DNA of 64,000 nucleotides from an uncultured Planctomycetia bacterium (GTDB taxonomy: Bacteria > Omnitrophota > Gorgyraeia > 2-02-FULL-51-18 > JAGOUK01): the NCBI GenBank assembly GCA_964430735.1, contig CAYSFB010000002.1:7390-71389 (forward strand). Reading direction: 5' to 3'. Of the stretch, positions 36,301 through 44,243 are shown one piece after another; position 1 is the first letter of the stretch, and every line of letters begins with the position of its first letter. Under the pieces are notes generated by a model. It made no database searches. It worked only from the letters and a program-made list of their open reading frames with translations, and was not told the origin of the DNA. Made by a program: the position numbers and the translations under genes.

Positions 36301-39300
36301 AAGTGATGCCCGTCGGCAAGGTAAGGGTCTGCCCCCCGTCAAACACGACCAGTCCGTTCTGGGCAGATAAGGTTCCCGAATTCGCCCAAGTTCCACCGAC
36401 ATTGACCTGGTAATGCGAACCCGACACCTCCAGCGTGGAACCCGCGTCAATGGTCAGATCATTGTCCACATCAAGATTGCTGCCGAGGGTCATGGTGCTG
36501 TTGTTGGATATCTGGAGGTTGTAGAAGGTGCCTCCGGTGATGCCCTCTGAGACGTTGAAGACGACCAGGCCGTTCCGGGGATTAAAAGTGCCGTTGTTGG
36601 TAAAACCGCTCGAGAGGTCCAATTGAAAGTTCGACGCCGACACGTCCAGCGTGGAACCGGCGTCGATATTGATCCCGTGAAGCGTGATGGCAGCCCCCAG
36701 GGTCAGGGTCGTGCTATTGGTCAAATAAAGGTCGTAGACGTTGAAGTCCAGAGATGTGGACTGTCCTCCGTCAAAGTACACAACTCCCGCCTGCGCATTA
36801 AACGTACCGGAATTCGAGAAGTCCCCCCCGACATTGATCTGATAATTCGATCCCGAGACGTCCAGCGTCGATCCGGAGTCGATCGTGAGGTCATTGCTGA
36901 CGGTGATGGCGCTACCCAGCGTCAAGGTGGAATTGTTCGAGACCTGGAGGTTGTAGAAGTTGGCTGAAGTGGCCGTCCCGGTGCCATCATAGACCACCAG
37001 GCCGCTTCGGAATGTGAAGGTTCCGGAATTTATAAAGTCGCCGTTGATGTTCATCTGATAGTGGGATGCCGAAACATCCAGGGTCGACCCGGAATCGATG
37101 GTGAGGGTATGAGCCGACATTCCGCTGTTCAACGTCATCGTGGCATTGTTCGAGATCTGCATATCATAAAAAGCACCGCCGGTGATGGCGCCATTGGCAT
37201 CAAAGACGACCAGTCCGGCTTGACACATAAAAGTACCCAGACCATTCCAATCCCCGCCGACATTAACCTGATAATTGGACACCGAAACATCCAGCGTCGA
37301 ACCTGAATCGATCGTAAGGTCACCGTCAACATCAAAAGCGCTGTCCAGCGTGGCCGTGGTGTTATTGGATAATTGGAAATGGTAAAAGTAGTTGCCGCTC
37401 ATTGCGATCGATCCTCCGCCGTCGAAGACGACGAGTCCGTTTCGCTTGGTGAAGGCGCCGGACATGATCCAGGAGCCTCCAACATTAATCTGATAGTTGG
37501 ATCCCGAAACATCCAAAGTGCCGGCGGCAATGTTCATCCCGGCAATATCCAAAGCGGAGCCCAGTGTCCAGGTATTACCGGCAGCATTGACCTCAAAGTC
37601 ATTAAATGCACTTGAGCTGGTGATGGTTCCGCCAGTACCCTGGAAGCTGACGGCGCCGGTTCCGGCGGTAAAGGTTCCTCCGGTCTGATTCCAGCTGCTC
37701 CCCCCCACTATGATATTAAAGGTCGACGCATTCAGCGTCCCGTTCGCGATGGACATATTGCCCACCGTGATACCAACCCCCAGCGTGATCGTTCCCGTAT
37801 ATCCCGAAGCGATTGTGAAGTTGCCTCCCGACCACGTCCCCACGTTGTCGATCGTGATGTTGCCGGTGTACGTTCCATTAAAGAGGACTGCGTCTTGGTT
37901 ATCCGGAAGCGTGTCTCCGTCCCAGTTATTCGCATCCGACCAATTGGTTCCATCCCCACCCCCGTCAAAGGTCGGGTCGAAGAGGACGTTGGAGTTGTTG
38001 CTGCCGTTCACACCATGTTCAATAAAGAGGTAGTGGATGAGGTTCATATCCCGGGCATTGATTCGGTTCAAGTTAAGGCGTGATGCATAGGCGGAAGGGT
38101 CGCCAAAGTCCAGGAAGTATTGGGTGCCGGGGTTAGAAGACCTGAACTTGATGTGCTGTTCCCCGCCCTGGGCCTGGGGAAGGTCGGGGGCGCCGAGGAT
38201 GGTGACGTTATTAAGGAAGGTGTAGGTCTGACCTGCTTCCCAGGTCACTTCAAGGTCAGGAACGGTCAACGTGAAGTTGTAAAACGACCGGGAACCGTCG
38301 ATTGTTATGTTGGACTGAATATCCACTGAGTCATAAGACCCGGGGACAAAGCCGCCTGACCAGTTCAGGGGATCGGAATAGAGCGTGGAGGATGAGCCGT
38401 CAAATACGAGGGCTTGGAACAAGAGACCGGAGTTGTTCTGGAGATTCATCGAGTGGAGAAGTTCCAAGCTCGGCGGACCGTTGGAATCGAAGTACACCGT
38501 GTCTTGGACTGCCGTATAGATAAAGTTGTGATTTGAGACTTGTCCAATCATCCAGGGAACGCCCGCCTGGGTGGACCTTACGCTCAAGAGATGGCCATAG
38601 GAACCTTGAAGCGAGAGGGTTCCAGTGAAGCTCTGGCTAGCGCCTGATTCGAACTCGACCGTCTTCTCAGGGGCTATCACATAGAAGTCATGGAAGGCAT
38701 TGGATCCGAGGATATGGGAATCTTCCGATCCTTCAAGCTCGACTCTTGAGTCGCCTGACAGGAAGCTTCCCCCATTCACCCAGTCTCTTTGAAGAGTAAA
38801 AAGAACTGAATAGTCAGGGTTAGCGATAGGGTCTTGGGTGGCGGGGGCCTGAAGGGTTGCACCCTGACCTATGATGAGGGAGTCGACTGTGATGTTTGAA
38901 CCCTCGACTACCCTATATAAGGCACCCTGGCCGCTTAAGGTCAGGTTGCCGGTCACGTTCATGCTCTTGAGATCTGAAGTTTGAGTGGTATGAAGCGTGA
39001 TGTTGCCTTCGACATTAAGGTTGTCGGTGACCTGGACGGAGTTGGCTTCAACGGTCACTTCATCCGCCTTAAGGGTTCCTTCCAGCCGGGCTTCATCCGC
39101 AACGATCTCGATCACGCCGTCACGCTCAACCACATGCGTCGCTTCGATGACCCCGGTGTTGTTTACGACCCCTTCAAAGATGTTGTCCAGAGCTTTGGCG
39201 GTAAGGACCACTTTGTTGGAACGAATGGTTCCGTCGTTCTTGACGTTGGGGTTGGATGAGTACTGTTGAACGAGAGCTTGATCGATCGATACGCTCACCA

Positions 39301-39916
39301 ACCCTTCGCTGTCAAAAGAGAGGGTTGCTTTTTCGCAAGCGGCGATCTCGACGGTTCCGAGTTGGGCTTCGATCAAACCGGTGTTTAAGATTTCTTGGGA
39401 AAGAAGGACCACGTTCTTGGCGGAGATGTGTCCGGCATTGTGGATGAAGGAGGCGCCGGATTCGTTTTCGAACACGAATTGATTGGATGCAAAAAGGGCG
39501 TTTGAGATGTCCAAAGTTGAGACTGCCAAAGACCCGGCTGAGATATTGGCGTTCTGTCCGATATTAAAACCATTTGCATTCACCAAAAAGATCTGACCAT
39601 TCGCGTTCAGAGTTCCGAAGATCTCGGAGACTGAGCCGCCGGTGACGCGGGACAGAAGGGTGGATGCTTCGGAAGCTTGGATGAAGTTGACGGTCTGGTT
39701 TTCTGCAATCGAGAAGGAGTCGAAGTTGATGATGGCGCCGTCTGAGGCGGTGATGGTTAAAAGATCCGGAGTTGAGTCATCAACTGTTACCGAACCATTC
39801 TCGACCGTCCAGCCGGATGGAAGTGCGTAAGCTGAAGCAGAACCCAATAAGCATAGCCCTCCCAGGAGTCCCAGGAGAGAGATGCGGCCTATGAGGGTGT
39901 TCTGCAAGCGTTTCAT
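30377..39916 (-). CDS. Two-partner-secretion exoprotein (TpsA; filamentous-haemagglutinin-like beta-helix adhesin, 3,179 aa)
   Basis: A signal peptide (MKRLQNTLIGRISLLGLLGGLCLLGSASAYA) is followed by a TPS/haemagglutination-activity-like domain (NFIQASEASTLLSRVTGGSVSEIFGTLNANGQIFLVNANGFNIG). Then come about 30 tandem ~70-aa beta-helix repeats of the type GSTLDVSGSNYQINVGGDWSNSGTF...FYDLQISNNST. A TpsB gene is adjacent. Confidence 0.8.
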   Translation of the reverse strand: MKRLQNTLIGRISLLGLLGGLCLLGSASAYALPSGWTVENGSVTVDDSTPDLLTITASDGAIINFDSFSIAENQTVNFIQASEASTLLSRVTGGSVSEIFGTLNANGQIFLVNANGFNIGQNANISAGSLAVSTLDISNALFASNQFVFENESGASFIHNAGHISAKNVVLLSQEILNTGLIEAQLGTVEIAACEKATLSFDSEGLVSVSIDQALVQQYSSNPNVKNDGTIRSNKVVLTAKALDNIFEGVVNNTGVIEATHVVERDGVIEIVADEARLEGTLKADEVTVEANSVQVTDNLNVEGNITLHTTQTSDLKSMNVTGNLTLSGQGALYRVVEGSNITVDSLIIGQGATLQAPATQDPIANPDYSVLFTLQRDWVNGGSFLSGDSRVELEGSEDSHILGSNAFHDFYVIAPEKTVEFESGASQSFTGTLSLQGSYGHLLSVRSTQAGVPWMIGQVSNHNFIYTAVQDTVYFDSNGPPSLELLHSMNLQNNSGLLFQALVFDGSSSTLYSDPLNWSGGFVPGSYDSVDIQSNITIDGSRSFYNFTLTVPDLEVTWEAGQTYTFLNNVTILGAPDLPQAQGGEQHIKFRSSNPGTQYFLDFGDPSAYASRLNLNRINARDMNLIHYLFIEHGVNGSNNSNVLFDPTFDGGGDGTNWSDANNWDGDTLPDNQDAVLFNGTYTGNITIDNVGTWSGGNFTIASGYTGTITLGVGITVGNMSIANGTLNASTFNIIVGGSSWNQTGGTFTAGTGAVSFQGTGGTITSSSAFNDFEVNAAGNTWTLGSALDIAGMNIAAGTLDVSGSNYQINVGGSWIMSGAFTKRNGLVVFDGGGSIAMSGNYFYHFQLSNNTTATLDSAFDVDGDLTIDSGSTLDVSVSNYQVNVGGDWNGLGTFMCQAGLVVFDANGAITGGAFYDMQISNNATMTLNSGMSAHTLTIDSGSTLDVSASHYQMNINGDFINSGTFTFRSGLVVYDGTGTATSANFYNLQVSNNSTLTLGSAITVSNDLTIDSGSTLDVSGSNYQINVGGDFSNSGTFNAQAGVVYFDGGQSTSLDFNVYDLYLTNSTTLTLGAAITLHGINIDAGSTLDVSASNFQLDLSSGFTNNGTFNPRNGLVVFNVSEGITGGTFYNLQISNNSTMTLGSNLDVDNDLTIDAGSTLEVSGSHYQVNVGGTWANSGTLSAQNGLVVFDGGQTLTLPTGITFYSLRLSGNTTMTLGANLDLDGDLVIDAGSTLDTSGSNYSVDVAGDWTNAGTFTANSSTVTLSGTGSFSGGANGFYNLVVSGSYTLDADFHVDNDLTLTGTLDTNAAGWSMYITGNWDASGGTLNTDLSPTLHFNAVSGTKTLNFGASTYGNISFENGGGSPTYEFQSALNADGTITIAAGATVDVKSGSNFQINVATGWDNSGTFVPRSGIVVFDGTGTIAGGNFYDLQISAGCTATLGSNLDVDNDLTIGGTATLDVSGSNYDIAVGGDWSNSGTFTYQTGAVVFDGGQSTALNGNFYLLELSNNTTITLDAPLDVNGALNIGAGSTLDVSGSNYQLNVAGDFANSGSFIPRGGLVVIDGTSTVTGGTFYDFQIASGGTVTLGSVLDADNDITIDAGATLNAGGSNITIGGDWSNAGTFTPNIATVVFDGGQTTALQGNFYDLQLSNNTTINPSAALDIDGSLTIDAGSLLDLSGASYQINVGVDWINNGTFIPNAGLVVLDGAGTVTGGNFYALQISNNSTVTLGGALDVNNDLTIDAGSTLDVSGSNHQINVGASWINAGTFNPRNGSVVLDGSGSVSGGTFYNFQVSNNSTATLGSNFDVDNDLTIDAGSTLDVSGSNYQINVGGGFSKAGTFNAQAGVLYFDGGQSTSLDFNVYDLYLTNSTTLTLGAAITLHGINIDAGSTLDVSASNFQLDLSSGFTNNGTFNPRNGLVVFNVSEGITGGTFYNLQISNNSTMTLGSNLDVDNDLTIDAGSTLDVSGSNYQVYIGRDFIKSGTFTARSGLLVFDGGQTITAPGLSIYDLQISNNSSVTLGAAISVHALTIDAGSTLDVSGSSYQISVSGDWTNSGTFSSQTGLTIFTGSATVVGGSFYDLQISGNSTMTLGGAMSAHALTIDSGSTLDVSGSNYQMNISGDFTNSGTFAFRSGLVVYDGPGTSTSADFYSLQVSNNAVLTLGSAITVQNDLTIDAGSTLDVSGSDYQINVAGDFANAGTFNARSGLVVFDGGQAITLEGSFFNLQLSSNTTITLTGALDLDGGLTIDTGSTLGVSGSNYQVNIGADFANAGTFVAQGGLVVFDGGSTSTVTGGNFTDFQISNNTTVTLGGALVVGNDLSIDSGSTLDVSGADWQINVGGDWSNGGTFSFQQGAVIFDGGGSSIIILGGGFYDLQISNNTTVVLGIGIEVAHLLTIDAGSELDVSGDDHQILIDGSWTNNGTFTAQQGTVTFQGDDQTINGSTTFYNLTKTGSGGSITFANGSTQTILGALTLQGDGVADLVLQSDSGGTQWSIDPQGTRTISNVDVIDSNNIHATVIDATDGTSVDSGNNTNWDFVSGPTITGTVFTDFGVTNIGAGKTIAISINGAAADGTDDTDGSGAYSITLSTALVDGDIITIYIDGEAEQGVTVQINDAATYTGLDVYQNYLLIRQDGTGPATNTTLNTADANGDGDISAIYGVSGGDLTMAGSNGLAVMSGTFTPGGDVTTTNMLIAAAGTFSPGANTVTVGGLWEVGGTFTAGTSLVVFNGTTTLIPGGQSFYDVQLSNNSTVTLNSALDVDMSLTIDAGSTLDVSGSDYQVNVGSDFNNAGTFTARNGLVVLDGSGALNGGTFYNLQISNNSTVTLASNLDVDLTLTIDAGSTLDVSGSNYQINIAGDWTNNGTFTAQAGSVVFDGGDQSLAGDTTFYDLTKIDAADDSTDVSLTFEAGSTFTVTGLLTINGIDADDRVNLLSSNPGTRWDLVASGTFDVDWIEITDSDATGGLEPVATNAVDGGNNLGWDFGAEAPAATVVTEETITNELQAAIQTTGDSGGFGGGSSGSGGSLDGGNENSGPAADPYVTAQLAGLDPAIVELIESHITDSTTDLVMDGSSGVIYIADGISDSIVAVSSTTGDVVNTFKTGSQPSRIVLTPDGNFLFVFNRLDGTVSKINTKTGTAEETIEVEGVSTIGLSSDGRSIQLQDASGGVKSTLPTGRSAS
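39000..39830 (-). other. Domain: TPS (haemagglutination activity) secretion domain of TpsA
   Basis: The N-terminal ~280 aa after the signal peptide carry the NxxNG(F/I) and LLSRVTGG-type motifs of TpsA secretion domains. Confidence 0.6.
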
Positions 39917-40061
39917 ATAATTGTCTAATATTAGATAACATTGTATGGTTACAGACCTATTTTGGCAAGTTTATTTATTTTATTTATATGGTTGTCAATT
40001 TTGAATTGGAATACACCAATGGAGAGGGCAATAAGAGGCGGGAGATCTTTTTTGTGGTGGG

Positions 40062-41375
40062 CTAAATGCTGGCGAGGCCGATGAGGTCGGCGGCGGTGAG
40101 GGTGCCGACGATCTTGCCGTGCTTGTTCACGATGATGATGATTTCGCTTTTGGACTCCTTGAACTTGCGGACGGCAGCGGCGAGCTGTTCCCCATCCTCA
40201 AGGACGACGAAGTTTTTCTTCGCGACTTCACGGATGGGCTGGTCCCATTCTTGAAGCGCGATCTCGGGGACTGACAGCGCGTCCAGACGACGCACGTTCA
40301 TGAGGCGGCGCTTGATATAGGTATACAACTGGGCATTCGGGATCTGCTTGTACCCTACCGGGATCGGCGGGACCGGCTGACCTTGAGCGAAGGCCAGATG
40401 CGATTCAAACGCGCTCATCTTGAATTGATTGGCCGTCGTCAAAAGATACCGGAGCGAGCTGTCCGGCACGAGCTCCTCTTCCGCTTCCGGGATCGAGGCC
40501 AGGAAACACATCTCGTACGCGTCGTCCATCGTCAGCTTGAGTTCTTTGTATCCGCGGCCGATGAAGTATGCGAGCTCCTGGTCCTGATCCTTGAACTCCG
40601 TCGAATATTTTTCGAGCGTGTCGATCGCGTCCGCCAGGAACATGCCCAGGGCGACGTCGATGTTGTATAGGATCCCCGCCATCACGATCGCCGCGTCATC
40701 CGACTGGCCCGGCCCGACCCGGTGCCGGATATAGAAGTAACGGATGAGGTCGCCCATGTCCGGGTCGTACTCCTCCATGATGAGCCCGACGCGCTTGAAC
40801 TCCTCAATCTCATGTTCATGCGGGTCATGCGCCAGATGCTCGCCGTCCAGCCCCATGCTCGTCATCACATTCGCGTTGACGAAGTACAACTTGCCGCCGC
40901 CGATCTTGATCTGGTAGCGGGCTTCCGTTTCTTTGCGGACGTCGATGTTGTCGCGCAGGCCGCCCAAAAAAATTCCGCGCAGAATGTCGCGCGCGTTCAC
41001 GCGCCGGTCACGGAACAGTTCGATCCCGAGAAACGGCTCGCCGCGGTGATTGACCAGCCGGTCGAGCTTTTCGCCGTGCATCGTGGTCTTCACGAAATCG
41101 ATGATGTCGTTGATCAGACCCTGGCGGTATTGCTTGGTTTTGACCGGGTCGCGCTTGAGCGCCCGGACGATGTCGTCGATATTGGTGTTGACGTAGGCGC
41201 GTTTGTTGAAGACTCCGGCGCCGTTATGCGCCCGACCTTCGATGGATTGGACGAAGATCATATCAGCGACGTCGTTGGAAGCGATCAATTGTTCGTGGGA
41301 ACGGATGAGCTCGAAGTCCTTTCGGATGAGCTCCGCGGGGGCGATGTCTTTCCTAAAATCCCGGGGTGTGTCCAT
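40062..41375 (-). CDS. Hypothetical protein with C-terminal CBS domain
   Basis: 437-aa ORF with an ATG at 41375. The C-terminal ~60 aa form a CBS motif (VVLEDGEQLAAAVRKFKESKSEIIIIVNKHGKIVGTLTAADLIG). I recognise no family for the N-terminal 370 aa. GC is lower than the window average. Confidence 0.5.
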   Translation of the reverse strand: MDTPRDFRKDIAPAELIRKDFELIRSHEQLIASNDVADMIFVQSIEGRAHNGAGVFNKRAYVNTNIDDIVRALKRDPVKTKQYRQGLINDIIDFVKTTMHGEKLDRLVNHRGEPFLGIELFRDRRVNARDILRGIFLGGLRDNIDVRKETEARYQIKIGGGKLYFVNANVMTSMGLDGEHLAHDPHEHEIEEFKRVGLIMEEYDPDMGDLIRYFYIRHRVGPGQSDDAAIVMAGILYNIDVALGMFLADAIDTLEKYSTEFKDQDQELAYFIGRGYKELKLTMDDAYEMCFLASIPEAEEELVPDSSLRYLLTTANQFKMSAFESHLAFAQGQPVPPIPVGYKQIPNAQLYTYIKRRLMNVRRLDALSVPEIALQEWDQPIREVAKKNFVVLEDGEQLAAAVRKFKESKSEIIIIVNKHGKIVGTLTAADLIGLASI

Positions 41376-41465
41376 GCTTGAACCAAGTATACACTAGTAA
41401 TACACGGTTAATCAAAAACTCATAATTACAAACAATTCAATAAGTATTGAACCAGCTCCGACAAT

Positions 41466-43235
41466 GTGCCAAAATGCTTCATGCACTCAAACCGCAGGTT
41501 CGCTATTGCAGCCTTTTTAACGGCTTTTCATGTCCTATTGCTCACCCGGGGTACGGATTCCGTCGCCTTAGCCGCAGATAACGACCCTTCCCTCGCAGAC
41601 GCCGTTCAACAACAGACCAGCCAGGCCGAAGAATTCCGCCGTCAAACGGAGGCCCGCGAAGCTGAACCTCCCGCCCAAAGCCCTTTAGCGCCGGCTGAAG
41701 CCGAGTCGGAAAAGGCAACGGGGCCCGACGCCGGTCCCCGCTTCCAGGTCAGCAAGATCCTTTTTGAGGGAAATACGGTCTTCCCTTCTTCCGACTTCGA
41801 CCCTTACGTCAAGATACATGAAGGTGAGACGGTCAGTCTCGAGGACCTCAAACTCGCCGCCAAGGCGGTCACACTCCATTACCGCGCCCGCGGATACCTG
41901 ACCAGCCGCGCTTACATCAAACCCCAGAAGATCGTGAACGGCGTCGTCACGATCCAGGTGCTCGAAGGCCGGTTGGACAAAACGGTCGTTGAAGGCAACC
42001 GGTATTTTTCGACCAAATTTTTTGAAGAAGCGGCGGCCATGCCCAAGGACAAGCCGTTCCGGTACTCGGAACTCGAGCGCCGCCTGCGCTTCGTGAACCG
42101 GAACCCCGACTTCCATATCGCCGCGGTCCTCGCCCCCGGTCAGACGCCGGAGACGTCCGACCTGCACCTCAAGATCGACGACGGCCTGCCGATGCACGCG
42201 TATTACGAGTTCAACAACCGCGGCTCCAAACTCACCCACCGGTCGCGTCACATGGTCACCGGCGTTCACAATAATTTCCTCGGCAAGGCGGATTCCCTGT
42301 CGGTCACCGGCTCTATCGCCGAAGAAGATGCGTTCCGCGCGCTGTCGGCGTCGTGGTCGCTGCCGATGTGGCAGACCGGCACAACCTTCATGATGTCGGG
42401 CAGCTACGTCGACAGCAGGCTCGTCAAACACCTCAAACCCCTGGACATCGAGGGCCTTTACACCAGCGTCACGCCGGCCATCTCGCAGGAACTCGTCATC
42501 ACGCAGAAGGACCAGCTGTCCTGGTACGCCGGCCTTGAGATCAAGGATTCCAAGTCCACGATCAGCGACACCAAGACCAGTCTCGACCGGATGCGCGTCC
42601 TGGTCACCGGCCCGCGCTGGACGCATCTGGGCGGCGGCGGACGGACCAGCCTTTCGGGCGATGTGCATTGGGGTATTCCGGGTCTCCTGGGCGGATCTGA
42701 AGCGGAGGATCTCAACGCTTCGCGGAACGGTTCGGGCGGGGATTTTATTTATTACACCGGTTCCGCTTCTCGGATCCAGCGCCTGCCGCTGGGACTCACA
42801 GGCGTGCTGCGCGGCGAAGGCCAATGGACCGACGACACCCTGACGGCGGTCGAACTGATGCGTCTCGGGGGTTACTCCGGTGTGCGCGGCTATCCGGAAT
42901 CAGACTCGCAAGGCGACTACGGGTTCATGGGAACGATGGAGCTGGTCGCCCCGACCCCCCTGCCCGACAGCATCAAGTTCCCTTTTACGAAGGACCCCTT
43001 CAGCAAGTCGGTTGATTGGCTCGTGTTCTTTGACGGGGGAAAAGTTTTTGCCCAGGAACGCGGCGCCCGGACCGACGTCAAGGATCGGATGTTATTGGGC
43101 ATCGGCGGCGGTCTTCGCGTTCACTTGAAGCAGAATATTTCCGCCCAGCTCGATTACGGCTGGCCCGTCGGCGACGACTCCACCGATACGGACAACCAAC
43201 CCCAAGCCCACTTCTCGATCCGAGTCGGTCTCTAA
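41466..43235 (+). CDS. Two-partner-secretion outer-membrane transporter TpsB (ShlB/FhaC/HecB family)
   Basis: A POTRA region (PRFQVSKILFEGNTVFPSSDF..., VTLHYRARGYLTSRAYIKPQKIVNGVVTIQVLEGRLDKTVVEGNRYF) is followed by a C-terminal beta-barrel. The ORF track begins at GTG 41466. An in-frame ATG at 41481 gives a clean signal peptide (MHSNRRFAIAAFLTAFHVLLLTRGTDSVALA). Confidence 0.8.
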   Translation: MPKCFMHSNRRFAIAAFLTAFHVLLLTRGTDSVALAADNDPSLADAVQQQTSQAEEFRRQTEAREAEPPAQSPLAPAEAESEKATGPDAGPRFQVSKILFEGNTVFPSSDFDPYVKIHEGETVSLEDLKLAAKAVTLHYRARGYLTSRAYIKPQKIVNGVVTIQVLEGRLDKTVVEGNRYFSTKFFEEAAAMPKDKPFRYSELERRLRFVNRNPDFHIAAVLAPGQTPETSDLHLKIDDGLPMHAYYEFNNRGSKLTHRSRHMVTGVHNNFLGKADSLSVTGSIAEEDAFRALSASWSLPMWQTGTTFMMSGSYVDSRLVKHLKPLDIEGLYTSVTPAISQELVITQKDQLSWYAGLEIKDSKSTISDTKTSLDRMRVLVTGPRWTHLGGGGRTSLSGDVHWGIPGLLGGSEAEDLNASRNGSGGDFIYYTGSASRIQRLPLGLTGVLRGEGQWTDDTLTAVELMRLGGYSGVRGYPESDSQGDYGFMGTMELVAPTPLPDSIKFPFTKDPFSKSVDWLVFFDGGKVFAQERGARTDVKDRMLLGIGGGLRVHLKQNISAQLDYGWPVGDDSTDTDNQPQAHFSIRVGL

Positions 43236-43237
43236 TT

Positions 43238-43290
43238 AAATAGGGACACGTACTATTTAATTTGAAATAAATAGTACGTGTCCCTATTTA
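43238..43290. terminator. Palindrome AAATAGGGACACGTACTATTTA-(8 nt)-TAAATAGTACGTGTCCCTATTTA between convergent tpsB and fmt (bidirectional terminator / REP-like)
   Basis: Near-perfect ~22-nt arms in a 69-nt AT-rich spacer between the tpsB stop (43233..43235) and the fmt stop (43305..43307). Confidence 0.65.
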
Positions 43291-43304
43291 TTATTTTGTT
43301 CGGA

Positions 43305-44243
43305 TTAGATGAGTGTTTCGCCGGGCTTGAGCGAGCTGCCGTTCAGGTAGTCCTGGTGGGACATGATGCGGCCGCCTTCGGGCTGGATCTGTTTGAGAAA
43401 AAGCGTTCCCGATCCCGTCTGCACCCGTATCCCCTCTCCTTTTAAAAGTTCCATCACCTCGCCCGGCTTCCCTTTGACGGGGCCGTCTGCGGCCGCGATG
43501 CGCGTTTCGAGGATGCGGAGCGCTTTGCCGTTGCGGCGCGTGACCGCGCCCGGCCAGACCACGAGGGCGCGGACCTGGCTGTGGATCTCGGAAGCGGTCC
43601 GGGTCCAGTCGATGAGCGAAGCGTCTTTTTTGATCTTGGCGCAGTACGTCGCCCTGGAAGCGTCTTGCGGGGTTCGGGTCGCGCGGCCGGCTTCGATCAG
43701 ATCCAGCGCCTGAACCGTCATGCGTCCGCCGATGCCGGCCAGGCGATCCGTGAGCTCTCTTGCGTTCTCGTCGGCGCCCACCCCGAAACGCTCCTGCAGA
43801 AGAATGTCCCCCGCGTCGAGCTCCAGCGCCATCGCCATGATCGTCATTCCCGTTTCCGTCCGGCCGTCGAGCAGCGTCTGGACGATCGGCGAAGCGCCGC
43901 GGTACAGCGGCAGGAGCGACGGATGCACATTGATGCAGCCACGCGGAGGGACGGCCAGAACGTCTTTGGAAAGAAGGGCGCCGTACGATGCGACCACAAA
44001 CACGTCGGCGTCGGCCTGGCGCAGATCGGCCAAAGATTCGGGGGTGTTGATTTTGAGAGGGGTCAGGACCGGGATGCCGTGCGGCTGGGCCCAGGTCTTG
44101 ATCGGCGACGGGGTCATGACCCGGCCGCGGCCGGTCGGCTTGTCGGACGCGGTCACGACCGCGGCCAGCGTGTGGCGCGACGCACGGATCGCGTCGAGCA
44201 CGGGAAGACCGAAGGTTCCCGAGCCCATGAACAGAATTTTCAT
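43305..44243 (-). CDS. fmt: Methionyl-tRNA formyltransferase
   Basis: 312 aa (MKILFMGSGTFGLPVL..., NVHPSLLPLYRGASPI...). It is overlap-coupled (ATGA) to the upstream def. Confidence 0.9.
   Translation of the reverse strand: MKILFMGSGTFGLPVLDAIRASRHTLAAVVTASDKPTGRGRVMTPSPIKTWAQPHGIPVLTPLKINTPESLADLRQADADVFVVASYGALLSKDVLAVPPRGCINVHPSLLPLYRGASPIVQTLLDGRTETGMTIMAMALELDAGDILLQERFGVGADENARELTDRLAGIGGRMTVQALDLIEAGRATRTPQDASRATYCAKIKKDASLIDWTRTASEIHSQVRALVVWPGAVTRRNGKALRILETRIAAADGPVKGKPGEVMELLKGEGIRVQTGSGTLFLKQIQPEGGRIMSHQDYLNGSSLKPGETLI

Noticed and set aside
31000-38500. Periodic ~210-nt repeats that could be mistaken for a CRISPR-like array or a satellite
   Set aside because: The periodicity is in-frame protein repeats (a beta-helix of TpsA) within one continuous 9.5-kb ORF. 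The units are too long and too divergent for CRISPR repeats, and there are no spacers.
30377-39916. Contact-dependent inhibition (CdiA/CdiI) interpretation of the TPS locus
   Set aside because: No VENN/pre-toxin motif was recognised, and there is no small immunity ORF downstream of tpsA (gap follows after 95 nt). An adhesin-type TpsA is the safer call.
41685-42824. 379-aa minus-strand ORF inside tpsB
   Set aside because: It is antisense to the well-supported TpsB coding sequence. Its translation is low-complexity and Arg-rich.
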